From assembly GCF_002113885.1 (NCBI RefSeq), contig NW_018479869.1, positions 22,321 through 83,639 on the forward strand: 61,319 nucleotides of DNA. Direction: 5' to 3'. The notes under the pieces are model-generated. The model was not told where the DNA came from. It ran no database searches and saw only the letters and a list, made by a program, of their open reading frames with translations. Made by a program: the position numbers and the translations under genes. The DNA is from Mizuhopecten yessoensis. Its lineage: Eukaryota. This document shows, piece after piece, positions 49,901-60,715 of this stretch (position 1 is its first letter; each line of letters starts with the position of its first letter).

Positions 49901-51080
49901 CCATTGGTATGGCTTGCCTCGCGACGTTCAAAAGTTCGTGAAATCCTGTGTCATCTGCAACACCAAGAAAAAAGCCAGTCGAAAGGCTCGATGCCCGTTG
50001 ACTCTTTTCCAATCAGGGGAACCCATGGAAAGAGTTCATCTTGACTTCTTGGGCCCACTACCCATAACAGCAACAGGAAATGAACACATATTAGTTATGG
50101 TAGACCAGTTTACCAAATGGGTTGAATGTGTTCCCTTACCTTCGCAGACCGCCGCGACAACCGCAAAAGCAGCTGTAAACGAATTCTTCGCGAGATTTGG
50201 ATATCCGTTCCAAATTCATACAGACCAAGGTAGAAACTTTGAAAGTCGTCTGTTTAAAGCTTTGTGTGAAGTTACGCAAATTCATAAAACTCGTACAACG
50301 GCTTATAGACCTTCTGCCAATGGACAAGTGGAGAGGTATAATCGCACCATCATGAACGCAGTTCGATGCTTCATAAACTCTCAAAGTGAATGGGACATCT
50401 ATTTACCACAGCTAGCTGGCGCGCTAAGGTGTTCCGTAAACCGCCAAACTGGACATACCGCCAACAAGTTAATGCTGGGCCGGGAGACCAATCAGCCTGC
50501 AGATCTCTTGTATGCCGCTCCATCGAACAAGAAGGCGAAGGACTCTCGCGACTCTGAAAGTTATGTGGACAATTTGGTAGATGCAATTCAGCGTGCCCAT
50601 GAAACCGCCAGAAAAACCCTTGCCACAACGCAGAGGAGAATGAAACGTGATTACGATGTTCGCGTTTACACTACCGAGTTCATTGAAGGGGATGTGGTCT
50701 ACGTCTTCGACAATGCAACGCCTAAGGGACAAAATCCCAAGTTAAAGGCCGTTTGGAAAGGTCCTGGACTCATAGTCAAAAAGTACACGCCGTACGTCTA
50801 TGGAGTACAGATGGGGAAGACGCGACAAGTCATTAATCACGATCGATTAAAAATGTGTAATGACCGTAAGCGACCCCAATGGATAATCGATCTCCAGGAG
50901 CACCGAGCGGAACCGGTAGAGGAAACCCACTGTGTCTGCCATCAAACGGATGATGGGACCATCATGATCCAGTGTGACTTTTGTTTTGTGTGGTTCCATG
51001 GACGTTGTGTGGGCTTAAATGTAGAGGAAGCCGAACAGCTGGAACTTTATTGCTGTACTACGTGTGAACTATCTGTATAA
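46938..51080 (+). CDS. pol: Pol polyprotein (protease, RT, RNase H, integrase, PHD finger); frame open from 46938, first ATG at 47055
   Basis: VDTGAEVS; RWCIDYR, FGLCNAPATY, FLDDVL; DTDAS, TDH; HHCC zinc finger; DFLGP...TDQGRNFES...NGQVERYN; WKGP; terminal C4HC3 PHD. Confidence 0.97.
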   Translation, partial: GLVKHRQVGQLDLSPTLDVKNGLHPTRSTITPDDLISEVMTDNTTESTRVELDNITRLRSTSMFQVPVIVGGFHTRAVVDTGAEVSIISDEVYKNLVEPPSILKHVTLNAAGRDQPIESYIVGPIELDIGSKSYKVSIYVGPIEDDILLGLDFLKPNNAQLDISGDTLTLGIGGEKISVNTGKEFLPASEGKVYVQKRTVVPPNSVARVCCRISGKVGSSSLIVEPTVENGLLIPRSLYDTASQIRLYCVNVTDRNIILKRKTEIAIVNEAREIIANVESHADPIFVETLRCGEETPDIAPSHVQSLIDGAKEQLSVEELSQFAQLIKDNSDVFAKNDFDLGHFSAIKHNIDTGTARPIKQRFRRTPACFANEEDLHLKKMLDSGVIESSTSEWASAPVLIRKRDGGVRWCIDYRGLNSVTTKDVFPLPLIEECLDALTDNVWFSKLDANSAYWQVLVNESDRHKTAFSTKHGLFQFVKMGFGLCNAPATYARVMNLVLRGLTWNIVLAFLDDVLVLGKTFDEHLQNLAEVFERIRAYQLKLKPAKCEFFKKKVDFLGRTVSESGIETSGKHIEKMKEWPTPTSSKDVEQFLGFANYHRSFIPEYAKIAAPLYQLTGKNDFRWDEEQEKAFSSLKSSLSSPPVLGIPNNSDMFVLDTDASDFAIGGELCQIQEGKERTIAYASYSLTSEQRRYCTTRKELLAVVRFTRQFRHYLLGRKFVVRTDHNSLVWLLNFKNPQGQLARWLEELSQYDLTIVHRKGKDHQNADSLSRSLPKDQCGNLKHGQDPTTLPCGGCAYCTRAHEHWHQFISDVDEAVSLSNIPCVQKVTQSDNTFAVEGSLYSENLTIEVSAFGINILTRSERSDIEDMNVNALDIQFSGYSAKEIRTAQEQDPELSILLEWVKNKKEVDEGELFGSSRAIKYYWINRELYFLDESGILWRKDLEDTSKTQSLVIPPSMREDAISLCHDIPASAHQGINRTESMVRQRFHWYGLPRDVQKFVKSCVICNTKKKASRKARCPLTLFQSGEPMERVHLDFLGPLPITATGNEHILVMVDQFTKWVECVPLPSQTAATTAKAAVNEFFARFGYPFQIHTDQGRNFESRLFKALCEVTQIHKTRTTAYRPSANGQVERYNRTIMNAVRCFINSQSEWDIYLPQLAGALRCSVNRQTGHTANKLMLGRETNQPADLLYAAPSNKKAKDSRDSESYVDNLVDAIQRAHETARKTLATTQRRMKRDYDVRVYTTEFIEGDVVYVFDNATPKGQNPKLKAVWKGPGLIVKKYTPYVYGVQMGKTRQVINHDRLKMCNDRKRPQWIIDLQEHRAEPVEETHCVCHQTDDGTIMIQCDFCFVWFHGRCVGLNVEEAEQLELYCCTTCELSV
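46944..47005 (+). promoter_or_regulatory. Putative -1 ribosomal frameshift signal (G TTA AAC plus stem-loop/pseudoknot)
   Basis: pol is -1 to gag and overlaps it over 46938-46971; slippery heptamer at 46944-46950 in the correct phase; 6-nt spacer; stem AGGTCGG/CCGACCT. Confidence 0.75.
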
Positions 51081-51116
51081 GTGTGAACTGACTCCACAGT
51101 ATACAGGGACTTCTAT

Positions 51117-51130
51117 AAAAGAGGGAGGAA
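51117..51130 (+). promoter_or_regulatory. Polypurine tract
   Basis: AAAAGAGGGAGGAA directly before the 3' LTR. Confidence 0.9.
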
Positions 51131-51311
51131 TGTGGTGTTTGTTGACGTTCTGTAAGCGTGCGAATGACTGTGAGTGAAGCATGTGAGTGACCTCGAATTG
51201 TTCATGCATGTGTTTTGTTCCAAGATAAAAAGTACCCAAGCTGAGATAGCTGTCCAGTGTTCTATATTTGTGAAGCGTATGTGTGCCGACTGTACTGGTA
51301 CGAATACAACA
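51131..51311 (+). repeat. 3' LTR (181 bp)
   Basis: Matches the 5' LTR; followed by the CTTA TSD. Confidence 0.97.
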
Positions 51312-52803
51312 CTTAGTATAGTTTAGTATTGGCTTGTATAGTTTAGTATTGGCTTGTATAGTTTAGTATAGTTTGCAGAGTTTAGTATAAATTGTACAGT
51401 TTAGTATATTTTATATAGTTTAGTATAGTTTGTATCGTTTAGAATAGTTTGTATAGTTTGTATATTTTGAATATTTTAGTATATTTTGTATAGTTTGTAA
51501 GGTTTAGTATAGTTTATTATAGTTTGTACTTTTAGTATAGTATGTATAGTTTAGTATAGTTTGTATGGTTTAGTATAGTTTGTATTGTTTGCATGTTTAG
51601 TATAGTTTGTATAGTGTGTATAGTTTAGTATAGTTTGCATAGTTTAGTATAGTTTGTATAATTTAATATAGTTGGTATAGTTTATTATAGTTTGTATGTT
51701 TAGTGTAGTTTAGTATGTATAGTTTGTATAATTTAGTATTGTTTGTATAGTTTAGTATAGTTTAATTTAGTCTGTATTTTTAGTTTAGTTTAGTATAGTT
51801 TAGTATAGTGTGTATAGTTTAAGTTAGTTTGTATAGCTTCATATGGTTGGTATAGTTTATTATAGTTTGTTTGTTTAGTTTAGTTTAGTATAGTATCTAT
51901 AGTTTGTATAGTTTAGTATAGTTTGTAAAGTTTTATGGTTTAGTATAGTTTGTATGTTTAGTATAGTTTAGTATAGTTAAGTATAGTGTTTATAGTTTGT
52001 ATAGTTTGGTATAGTTTAGAATAGTTTACTATAGTTAAGAATAGTTAAGTATAGTTTGTATAGTGTGTATAGTTTGCATAGTTTAGTATAGTTTGTATAG
52101 TTTAATATAGTTGGTATAGTTAATCATAGTTTATCATAGTTTATCATAGTTTGTATGTTTAGTTTAGTATGTATAGATTGTATAGTTTAGTATTGTTTGT
52201 ATAGTTTAGTATAGTTTGTATAGTTAAGTATAGTTTGTATGTTTAGCATAGTTTGTATTGTTTGCATGTTTAGTATAGTTTGTATAGTGTGTATAGTTTA
52301 ATATAGTTTGCATAGTTTAGTATAGTTTGTATAATTTAATATAGTTGGTATAGTTTATTATAGTTTGTATGTTTAGTTTAGTTTAGTATGTATAGTTTGT
52401 ATAATTTAGTATTGTTTGTATAGTTAAGTATAGTTTAATTTAGTCTGTATTTTTAGTTTAGTTTAGTATAGTTTAGTATAGTGTGTATAGTTTAGTTTAG
52501 TTTGTATAGCTTCATATAGTTGGTATAGTTTATTATAGTTTGTTTAGTTTAGTTTAGTATAGTATCTATAGTTTGTAAAGTTTAGTATAGTTTGTATGTT
52601 TAGTATAGTTTAGTATAGTTAAGTATAGTGTTTATAGTTTGTATAGTTTGGTATAGTTTAGAATAGTTTTCTATAGTTAAGAATAGTTAAGTATAGTTTG
52701 TATAGTGTGTATAGTTAAGAATAGTTAAGTATAGTTTGTATAGTGTGTATAGTTAAGAATAGTTAAGTATAGTTTGTATAGTGTGTATAGTTAAGAATAG
52801 TTT

Positions 52804-53707
52804 NNNNNNNNNNNNNNNNNNNNNNNNNNNNNNNNNNNNNNNNNNNNNNNNNNNNNNNNNNNNNNNNNNNNNNNNNNNNNNNNNNNNNNNNNNNNNNNNN
52901 NNNNNNNNNNNNNNNNNNNNNNNNNNNNNNNNNNNNNNNNNNNNNNNNNNNNNNNNNNNNNNNNNNNNNNNNNNNNNNNNNNNNNNNNNNNNNNNNNNNN
53001 NNNNNNNNNNNNNNNNNNNNNNNNNNNNNNNNNNNNNNNNNNNNNNNNNNNNNNNNNNNNNNNNNNNNNNNNNNNNNNNNNNNNNNNNNNNNNNNNNNNN
53101 NNNNNNNNNNNNNNNNNNNNNNNNNNNNNNNNNNNNNNNNNNNNNNNNNNNNNNNNNNNNNNNNNNNNNNNNNNNNNNNNNNNNNNNNNNNNNNNNNNNN
53201 NNNNNNNNNNNNNNNNNNNNNNNNNNNNNNNNNNNNNNNNNNNNNNNNNNNNNNNNNNNNNNNNNNNNNNNNNNNNNNNNNNNNNNNNNNNNNNNNNNNN
53301 NNNNNNNNNNNNNNNNNNNNNNNNNNNNNNNNNNNNNNNNNNNNNNNNNNNNNNNNNNNNNNNNNNNNNNNNNNNNNNNNNNNNNNNNNNNNNNNNNNNN
53401 NNNNNNNNNNNNNNNNNNNNNNNNNNNNNNNNNNNNNNNNNNNNNNNNNNNNNNNNNNNNNNNNNNNNNNNNNNNNNNNNNNNNNNNNNNNNNNNNNNNN
53501 NNNNNNNNNNNNNNNNNNNNNNNNNNNNNNNNNNNNNNNNNNNNNNNNNNNNNNNNNNNNNNNNNNNNNNNNNNNNNNNNNNNNNNNNNNNNNNNNNNNN
53601 NNNNNNNNNNNNNNNNNNNNNNNNNNNNNNNNNNNNNNNNNNNNNNNNNNNNNNNNNNNNNNNNNNNNNNNNNNNNNNNNNNNNNNNNNNNNNNNNNNNN
53701 NNNNNNN
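52804..53707. other. Assembly gap (N run) within the satellite
   Basis: 904 N bases. Confidence 1.
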
Positions 53708-55796
53708 ATAGTTAAGTATAGTTTGTATAGTGTGTATAGTTAAGAATAGTTAAGTATAGTTTGTATAGTGTGTATAGTTAAGAATAGTTTGTATAGTGTG
53801 TATAGTTTGCATAGTTAAGTATAGTTTGTATAGTGTGTATAGTTAAGAATAGTTAAGTATAGTTTGTATAGTGTGTATAGTTTGCATAGTTTAGTATAGT
53901 TTGTATAGTTAAATATAGTTGGTATAGTTAATTATAGTTTATCATAGTTTATCATAGTTTGTATGTTTAGTTTAGTATGTATAGATTGTATAGTTTGTAT
54001 AGTTTAGTATAGTTTGTATAGTTAAGTATAGTTTGTATGTTTAGTATGGTTTAGTATTGTATAGTTTGTACAGGTTGCATAGTTTAGTAGTTTGTATAGT
54101 TTGTATAGTTTAGTATAGTTTGTATAGTTTAGTATAGTTTGTATAATTTGTATAGTTTAGTATTGTTTGTATAGTGTATATAGTTTGCATAGTTTAGTAT
54201 AGTTTGGTATAGTTTAGTATAAATTGTACAGTTTAGTATATTTTATATAGTTTAGTATAGCTTGTATAGTTTAGTATAGTTTGTATAGTTAAGTATAGTT
54301 TGTATAGTTTAGTATAGTTTGTATAGTTTAGTATAGTTTGTAGTGTGTATAGTTTTCATAGTTTAGTATAGTTTTTATAGTTTAATATAGTTGGTATAGT
54401 TTATTATCGTTTGTATGTTTAGTTTAGTATGTATAGTTTAGTATAGTTTGTATAGTTAAGTATAGTTTGTATGTTTAGTATGGTTTAGTATTGTATAGTT
54501 TGTGCAGGTTGCATAGTTTAGTAGTTTGTATAGTGTGTATAGTTTAGTATAGTTTGTATAATTTGTATAGTTTAGTATTGTTTGTATAGTGTATATAGTT
54601 TGCATAGTTTAGTATAGTTTGGTATAGTTTAGTATAAATTGTACAGTTTAGTATATTTTATATAGTTTAGTATAGCTTGTATAGTTTAGTATATTTTGTA
54701 TAGTTAAGTATAGTTTGTATAGTTTAGAATAGTTTGTATAGTTAAGTATATTTTGTATAGTTTAGTATAGTTTGTATAGTTTAGTATAGTTTGTATAGTT
54801 TAGTATAGTTTGTAGTGTGTATAGTTTGCATAGTTTAGTATAGTTTTTATAGTTTAATATAGTTGGTATAGTTTATTATCGTTTGTATGTTTAGTTTAGT
54901 ATGTATAGTTTAGTATTGTTTGTATAGTTAAGTATATTTTGTATGGTTTAGTATAGTTTGTATTGTTTAGTATAGTTGTATAGTTTTTATGCTTAGTTTA
55001 GTTTAGTATTGTCTTGTATAGTTTAGAATAGTTTGTATAGTTTAGTATAGTTTGTATAATTTGTATAGTTTAGTAAAGTTTGTAGATAGTTAAGTATAGT
55101 TTGGTATAGTGTATATAGTTTACATAGTCTTTTATAGTTTGGTAAAGTTTAGTTAGGTATAGTTTAGTATAAATTGTACAGTTTAGTATATTTTATATAG
55201 TTTAGTATAGTTTAGTTTAGATAGTTAAATATAGTTTAGTATAGTTTGTATCGTTTAGAATAGTTTGTATATTTTAGTATATTTTGTATAGTTTATATAG
55301 TTTAGTATATTTTGTATAGTTAAGTAAAGTTTGTAGATAGTTTAGTATAGTTTGGTATAGTTTAATATAGTTTGTATAGTTAAGTATAGTTCAGTATAGT
55401 TTGTATGTTTAGTATAGTATGTCTAGTTTAGTATAGTTTGTATAATTTGTATAGTTTAGTATAGTTTGTATAGTGTATATAGTTTGCATAGTTTAGTTTA
55501 GTACAGTTTAGTATATTTTATATAGTTAAGTATAGTTTGTATAGTTTCATTTAGTTGGTATAGTTTATTATAGTTTGTATGTTAAGTATAGTTTGTATAG
55601 TTTAGTATAGTTAAGTATAGTTTGTATAGTTTAGTATATTTTGTATAGTTAAGTATTGTTGGTATAGTTTAATATAGTTGGTATAGTTTATTATAGTTTG
55701 TATGTTTAGTTTAGTTTAGTATTGTTTGTATAGTTTGTATAGTTTAGTATAGTTGTATAGTTTTTATGCTTAGTATAGTTTAGTATTGTCTTGTAT

Positions 55797-55910
55797 TTTT
55801 TGTTTGTTTGATTTTTTTTAACGTCCTATTAACAGCTAAGGTCATTTAAGGACGGCCTCCCCTGTGTGCAAGATGCATGCGTGTAGTGTTTGCGTGTGTA
55901 TTTTGGGAGG
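55797..55910 (-). mobile_element. 5'-truncated SINE 3' end with a (CAAA)n tail and a 12-bp TSD
   Basis: Minus strand ...ATGACCTTAGCTGTTAATAGGACGTTAAAA...CAAACAAACAAAAA; ATTGTCTTGTAT at 55785-55796 and 55911-55922. Confidence 0.85.
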
Positions 55911-56751
55911 ATTGTCTTGTATAGTTTAGTATAGTTTGTATAGTTTGCATAGTTTGTATAATTTAGTATAGTTTGTATAATTTGTATAGTTTAGTATAGT
56001 TTGTATAGTGTATATAGTTTGCATAGTTTAGTATAGTTTGGTATAGTTTAGTATAGTTTAGTATAAATTGTACAGTTTAGTATATTTTATACAGTTTAGT
56101 ATAGTTTGTATAGTTAGTTTGTATCGTTTAGAATAGTTTGTATAGTTTGTATATTTTGTATAGTTTAGTATATTTTGTATAGTTTGTAAAGTTTATTATA
56201 TTTTGTATAGTTAAGTAAAGTTTGTAGATAGTTTGGTATAGTTTGGATAGTTTAATATAGTTTGTATAGTTAAGTATAGTTTGTATGTTTAGTATAATAT
56301 AGTTTAGTATAAATTGTAGTTTAGTATATTTTATGTAGTTCAGTATAGTATGTCTAGTTTAGTATAGTTTGTATAGTTTAGTATAGTTTGTATAGTGTAT
56401 ATAGTTTTCATAGTTTAGTAGTTTAGTTTAGTATAAATCGTACAGTTTAATATATTTTATATAGTTAAGTATAGTTTGTATAGTTTAGTATAGTTTGTAT
56501 AGTTTGGTTAGTTTAGTATAGTTTGTATGGTGAAGTATAGTTTGTATGTTTAGTATAGTTTGTATAGTTTAGAATAGTTTGTATAGTTTAGTATATTTTG
56601 TATAGTTAAGTAAAGTTTGTATAGTTTTAGTATACTATGTATAGTCTAGTATAGTTTGTAAAGTTAAGTATAGTTTGTTTAGTTTAGTATAGTTTAGAAT
56701 AGTTTGTATAGTTAAGTATATTTTGTATAGTTTAGTATAGTTTGTATAGTT

Positions 56752-59700
56752 ATTGTATATGTAGAGGTATTATGGCAACATTTGTGTGTATTCTTAAGAG
56801 CCGAAATTCTGAATCCGTCTCCGGTCGTGTTAACATTCTCTCCACAGATGTAAAGAAAACGAGAGAGGATACTTTCTGGCCTAACGGTATTCGTGTTCGA
56901 AAGTGGTATTCATATAATCAGCACTATGGTGCCAACGGTAAAGCAAACATCGATGTTGGCCAGTAACGGTCTTCTTTTTTCTTTATGCATCTATGCCTTC
57001 GTGATGGCTTCTGTGCACATTATGACTTGGAATGTGACCGGCATCATGTCGTCAGCCTCGTACCTGCACGATGCATTACAGACAGAAAACGTTGACATTT
57101 GCGGAATTTCAGAGCACTGGCTATTCGAAGAAAATGTTCACATGTTACAAAGTATTCATTCTGGTTACGACTATTTCGCCATTTGTGATTTTTCAACACA
57201 TGCCTTATCTGACCACAGAACGCGAAAATGAGGTGTAGCCCTTTTATGGAAAAAAACTCTGTCGAACCGCATAACTGTTGTTGATTCAGACGATGACCAC
57301 ATCACTATCCTAAAGCTTGTTTCTAATTCCGGTGTGTGGCATGTTATACAGGTATATCTACCCAATACGAGCTATGGTTCTGAAGCTTTTAACCAGTACA
57401 TCGACAAGATAGACGTTCTGTGCGAGTCTTTTTCTCTTCAAGGATCAACCATTATCATGGGAGACTTCAACGCTCGCCTTAGTGGTCCTCGACTACCAGA
57501 CGACTATCAAAACAACAGAGGTGCTCGCCTTCAACGGTGCCTGGATCGTCACCAGTTGTGTGCTTTAACGACATCGTTAATTTGTTCCGGTCCGTTGCAT
57601 ACTTACGTGCACTCCGATTATGGCGCCTCGTCGCTTATTGATCATGTGATTGTTGACTCTTCCAAACTTGATCTTATCTCGAACTGTCATGTTGGCGGTC
57701 AGGATTACTTAGACGTCTCAAATCACAGAACTATCTTCTGTGATATCTCCTTTCCTACCGTGTCCCAAGTTGACAGTCCTCAAATGGAACGCATCACTTT
57801 TAAATGGACTTCACCTGATGCCTCCGCCTCCGCAGGTACAGCACTTTATAACGAGAACCTTCATAGTTTTATTGTGAAGTCAAACCTTAACTCTCTCGAG
57901 TTAAAAGCATCCTCCGACATTGACATTTTTAATGATCGTTTGATCAAATGTTTACAGGACGTCTCTTTAGCTTCCCTTCAAAAGCGGAAGTTCCGGGAAT
58001 TCCTAAAGCCTTATTGGAAGGGTGAACTTAAAGGGCTACACCATGAGATGTGGAGGTTAAGGTGTATTTGGGATAACGAAGGTCGGCCTCGTGATCCCGA
58101 TTTCCATTCTTTCCGGATGTATAAGGACGCAAAACGTGAGTTTCGTCGTAAGCACCGCCGATTATCAGAGGACCACCTTTTGACTCTGAACTTAGATATT
58201 GAGAACGCAGCAGATTTAAATTTAAATTCATTTTGGTCCCTAATTAAAGCCCGGTCTAATAGAGTGTCCACTGGATCTGCCGGAGCTGAAATAGTGTTTA
58301 ATAATTTAACTGTTAGAGATCCGTCGGATTTAGCGTTGCGCTGGGGGGAGTACTTTGCTGAAATTTACTCTCACTCAGATGATAGTGTTTGTGACAGTGA
58401 TTTTGTAAAATCTGGACTTTCAGATTTTCTGCAAGGTAATGGTCCATTGGAAGAATCAGCTGCGATAGTTTTTACGGTTGAGGAAATTAAATGTTGTTGT
58501 AAAAGTTTTCCTCATGGAAAGGCACCCGGTGTAGATTCACTTGTTTATGAAAACCTTATATATGCCTGCGACTCTCTGTATAAATGCTTATGCACATTGT
58601 TTAATGCTTTTGCAAAATTAGAATATGTACCAACTTTTCTTAAACAAGGCTTGATATGCACATTATATAAAGGTCATAACAAACCTAAGAATGACCCAAA
58701 TAGCTATAGAGCAATATCGCTTTTATCAGTCATATTGAAAGTTTATGAAAAACTGTTACTGACAAGATTAGAAAGTTCAGAACTTTTTTGTGTGAATCCA
58801 TTACAACATGGATTCCAAAAACAAGTAAGTAGTACCATGACTTCATATATTGTGCATGAAGCCATTGAGTATGCAAGTGAACTTGATAGCAAGTTGTTTA
58901 CATGTTTCTTAGACGCTTCAAAAGCTTTTGACTGTGTGTGGCATGACGGTCTATTTCTCAAACTCGCACGTTTGGGTTTTAGTCGGAAATATGTATGTGT
59001 AATTATGTCCTTGTATAAAGATATGTTTAGTGTTGTTATTCATCAAAACTTTGTATCGAAAATGTTCAAGATATGCCAGGGAATCCGTCAGGGTAGTATT
59101 ATCTCCCCTTGGTTATACTTTGTTTATATAAATGATCTCTTGAATGATCTTTGTGATTCTAATTATTTCTTGAGTATCTGTGATATCAACATTACTTGCC
59201 CAACACAGGCAGACGATATATGTCTTCTTGCTTTTTCTGAACACAATTTAGATTTGCTCATTCATATATGTTAGTATAGCTGTAAATGGAGGTTTAGATA
59301 CAACCCCTCCAAATCAGTAATAATCGTTTATAACGAACGAACTAGTAACCACTCACAGTCGAACCGTAGGTGGCACTTAGGCGACAGTGACGTCACTGAA
59401 TGTACAAATGTTAAACATGTTGTGATTAGTATAAATAAGTTTAAACCAGGTCGCCCTGATGTCGATGAAGTTATCCACAAAATACGTGGTCAATGTTTTG
59501 CTCTTTTGAATTGTAATTTATTCGGCCCCAGCATCAACCCTTTAACAGGAGTGAAAATATACCTCTCTATTGTTCTCCCTCGAAGCATATTTGGCTGTGA
59601 GTTGTGGTACTCACTTACAAACTCAGATTGGCGTCGTCTGTAATCAGTACATCACTTGTGTGCCAAACTAATTCAAAATTTCCCACTGAGGACCAGATCT

Positions 59701-60715
59701 GACATCGCATTAGGTATGCTTGGTTTATCATCACTTCATTTATACGTAGATCAATGTAAGCTTCGCTTTTTTGCGGCATTATGTAGAACCAAAACTAATT
59801 GTACATCTAAACAGCTGTTTTTATTGCGATTGTATCAAAATCGCCTTGGTGTAAATAAAGCTAAAAAGGGTTTTATTGTTGATGCAATTGACATACTGTA
59901 TAAGTACAACTTTAATGACTTTTTAAATGAATTTTTTAAGTCGGGTAATTTTCCTCCAAAGTTATGTTGGAAACATCTAGTTAAAAATGTTCTTCTTTGT
60001 AAAGAATCAGAAGACTGGAAAACTCGTTTAAATCATTCGTCTTATTTTTCGAGATTCAAAAATCTTTATCCTGAAATGACACCTTCAGTGATCTGGTACT
60101 TTTCAAAATGTCATCCTTCTTTTATTGGAATTTGCAAAACTGTTTCCAAAATGTGGATTGCTCCATCTGATTGCGAACTATTTTGCGCTAATAGCAAGAG
60201 TACTTTTGAAGACGCAGTCGCCCATTGTTTGTTAGACTGCGGCGAATTAGAATTAGCAAATTTGCAGGATACACTTTTGACGAACTTTGTAAATAAATAT
60301 CCTGTGTATGTTTATGTGTCTTTCGACCAGTCAGACAGAGAAGTCCAGGTGGCTACTCTGCTTGGTGCTCCAAGCGATGTTATTTGTGATACTCTTAATG
60401 ACGATGTAAAATCGCTCACGTCTTTTATCAAAGATTGCCTAATATTTGCGGAAAAAGCGTTCTATATGACCTTCCAATAAATCTAGCTAATTTTGTAGCA
60501 GCCATTGCAATGAGTCTTCCTTTAACCACCTTTCATTGACTTATAACGTGTCTTTACATTTTCTTCAAGATGTGATTATGAAATGATATTAATATCAATT
60601 GTATCTCAATTTTTGTCAGCACCATTTTTTTGTTGTTCTCATGTCACTTGGACTCACCATTCTCATCCACATTGTACTCTTCATTATTTTGGAGGAAATA
60701 AAGATATGAATGAAT
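56752..60715 (+). mobile_element. 5'-truncated non-LTR retrotransposon (RTE-X/CR1-group-like): ORF1 tail plus near-complete ORF2 (APE-RT) with three in-frame stops
   Basis: ORF1 tail FWPNGIRVRKW. APE: MTWNVTG, ICGISEHWL, MGDFNA, IDH, SNH. RT: KAPGVD, YRAISLL, LDASKAFDCVWH, GIRQG, QADD. Stops at 57229, 59272 and 59641, with all segments in one frame. 3' AATAAA plus (TGAA)n tail. Confidence 0.92.

Larger units (their letters stand above)
43716..51311 (+). mobile_element. Full-length, apparently intact Ty3/Gypsy LTR retrotransposon (7.6 kb) with three ORFs
   Basis: 181-bp TG...CA LTRs, CTTA TSD (43712-43715, 51312-51315), PBS, PPT, gag, and pol in PR-RT-RH-IN order. Confidence 0.98.

Noticed and set aside
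52781-53743. 320-aa ORF
   Set aside because: It is an artefact of the N gap.
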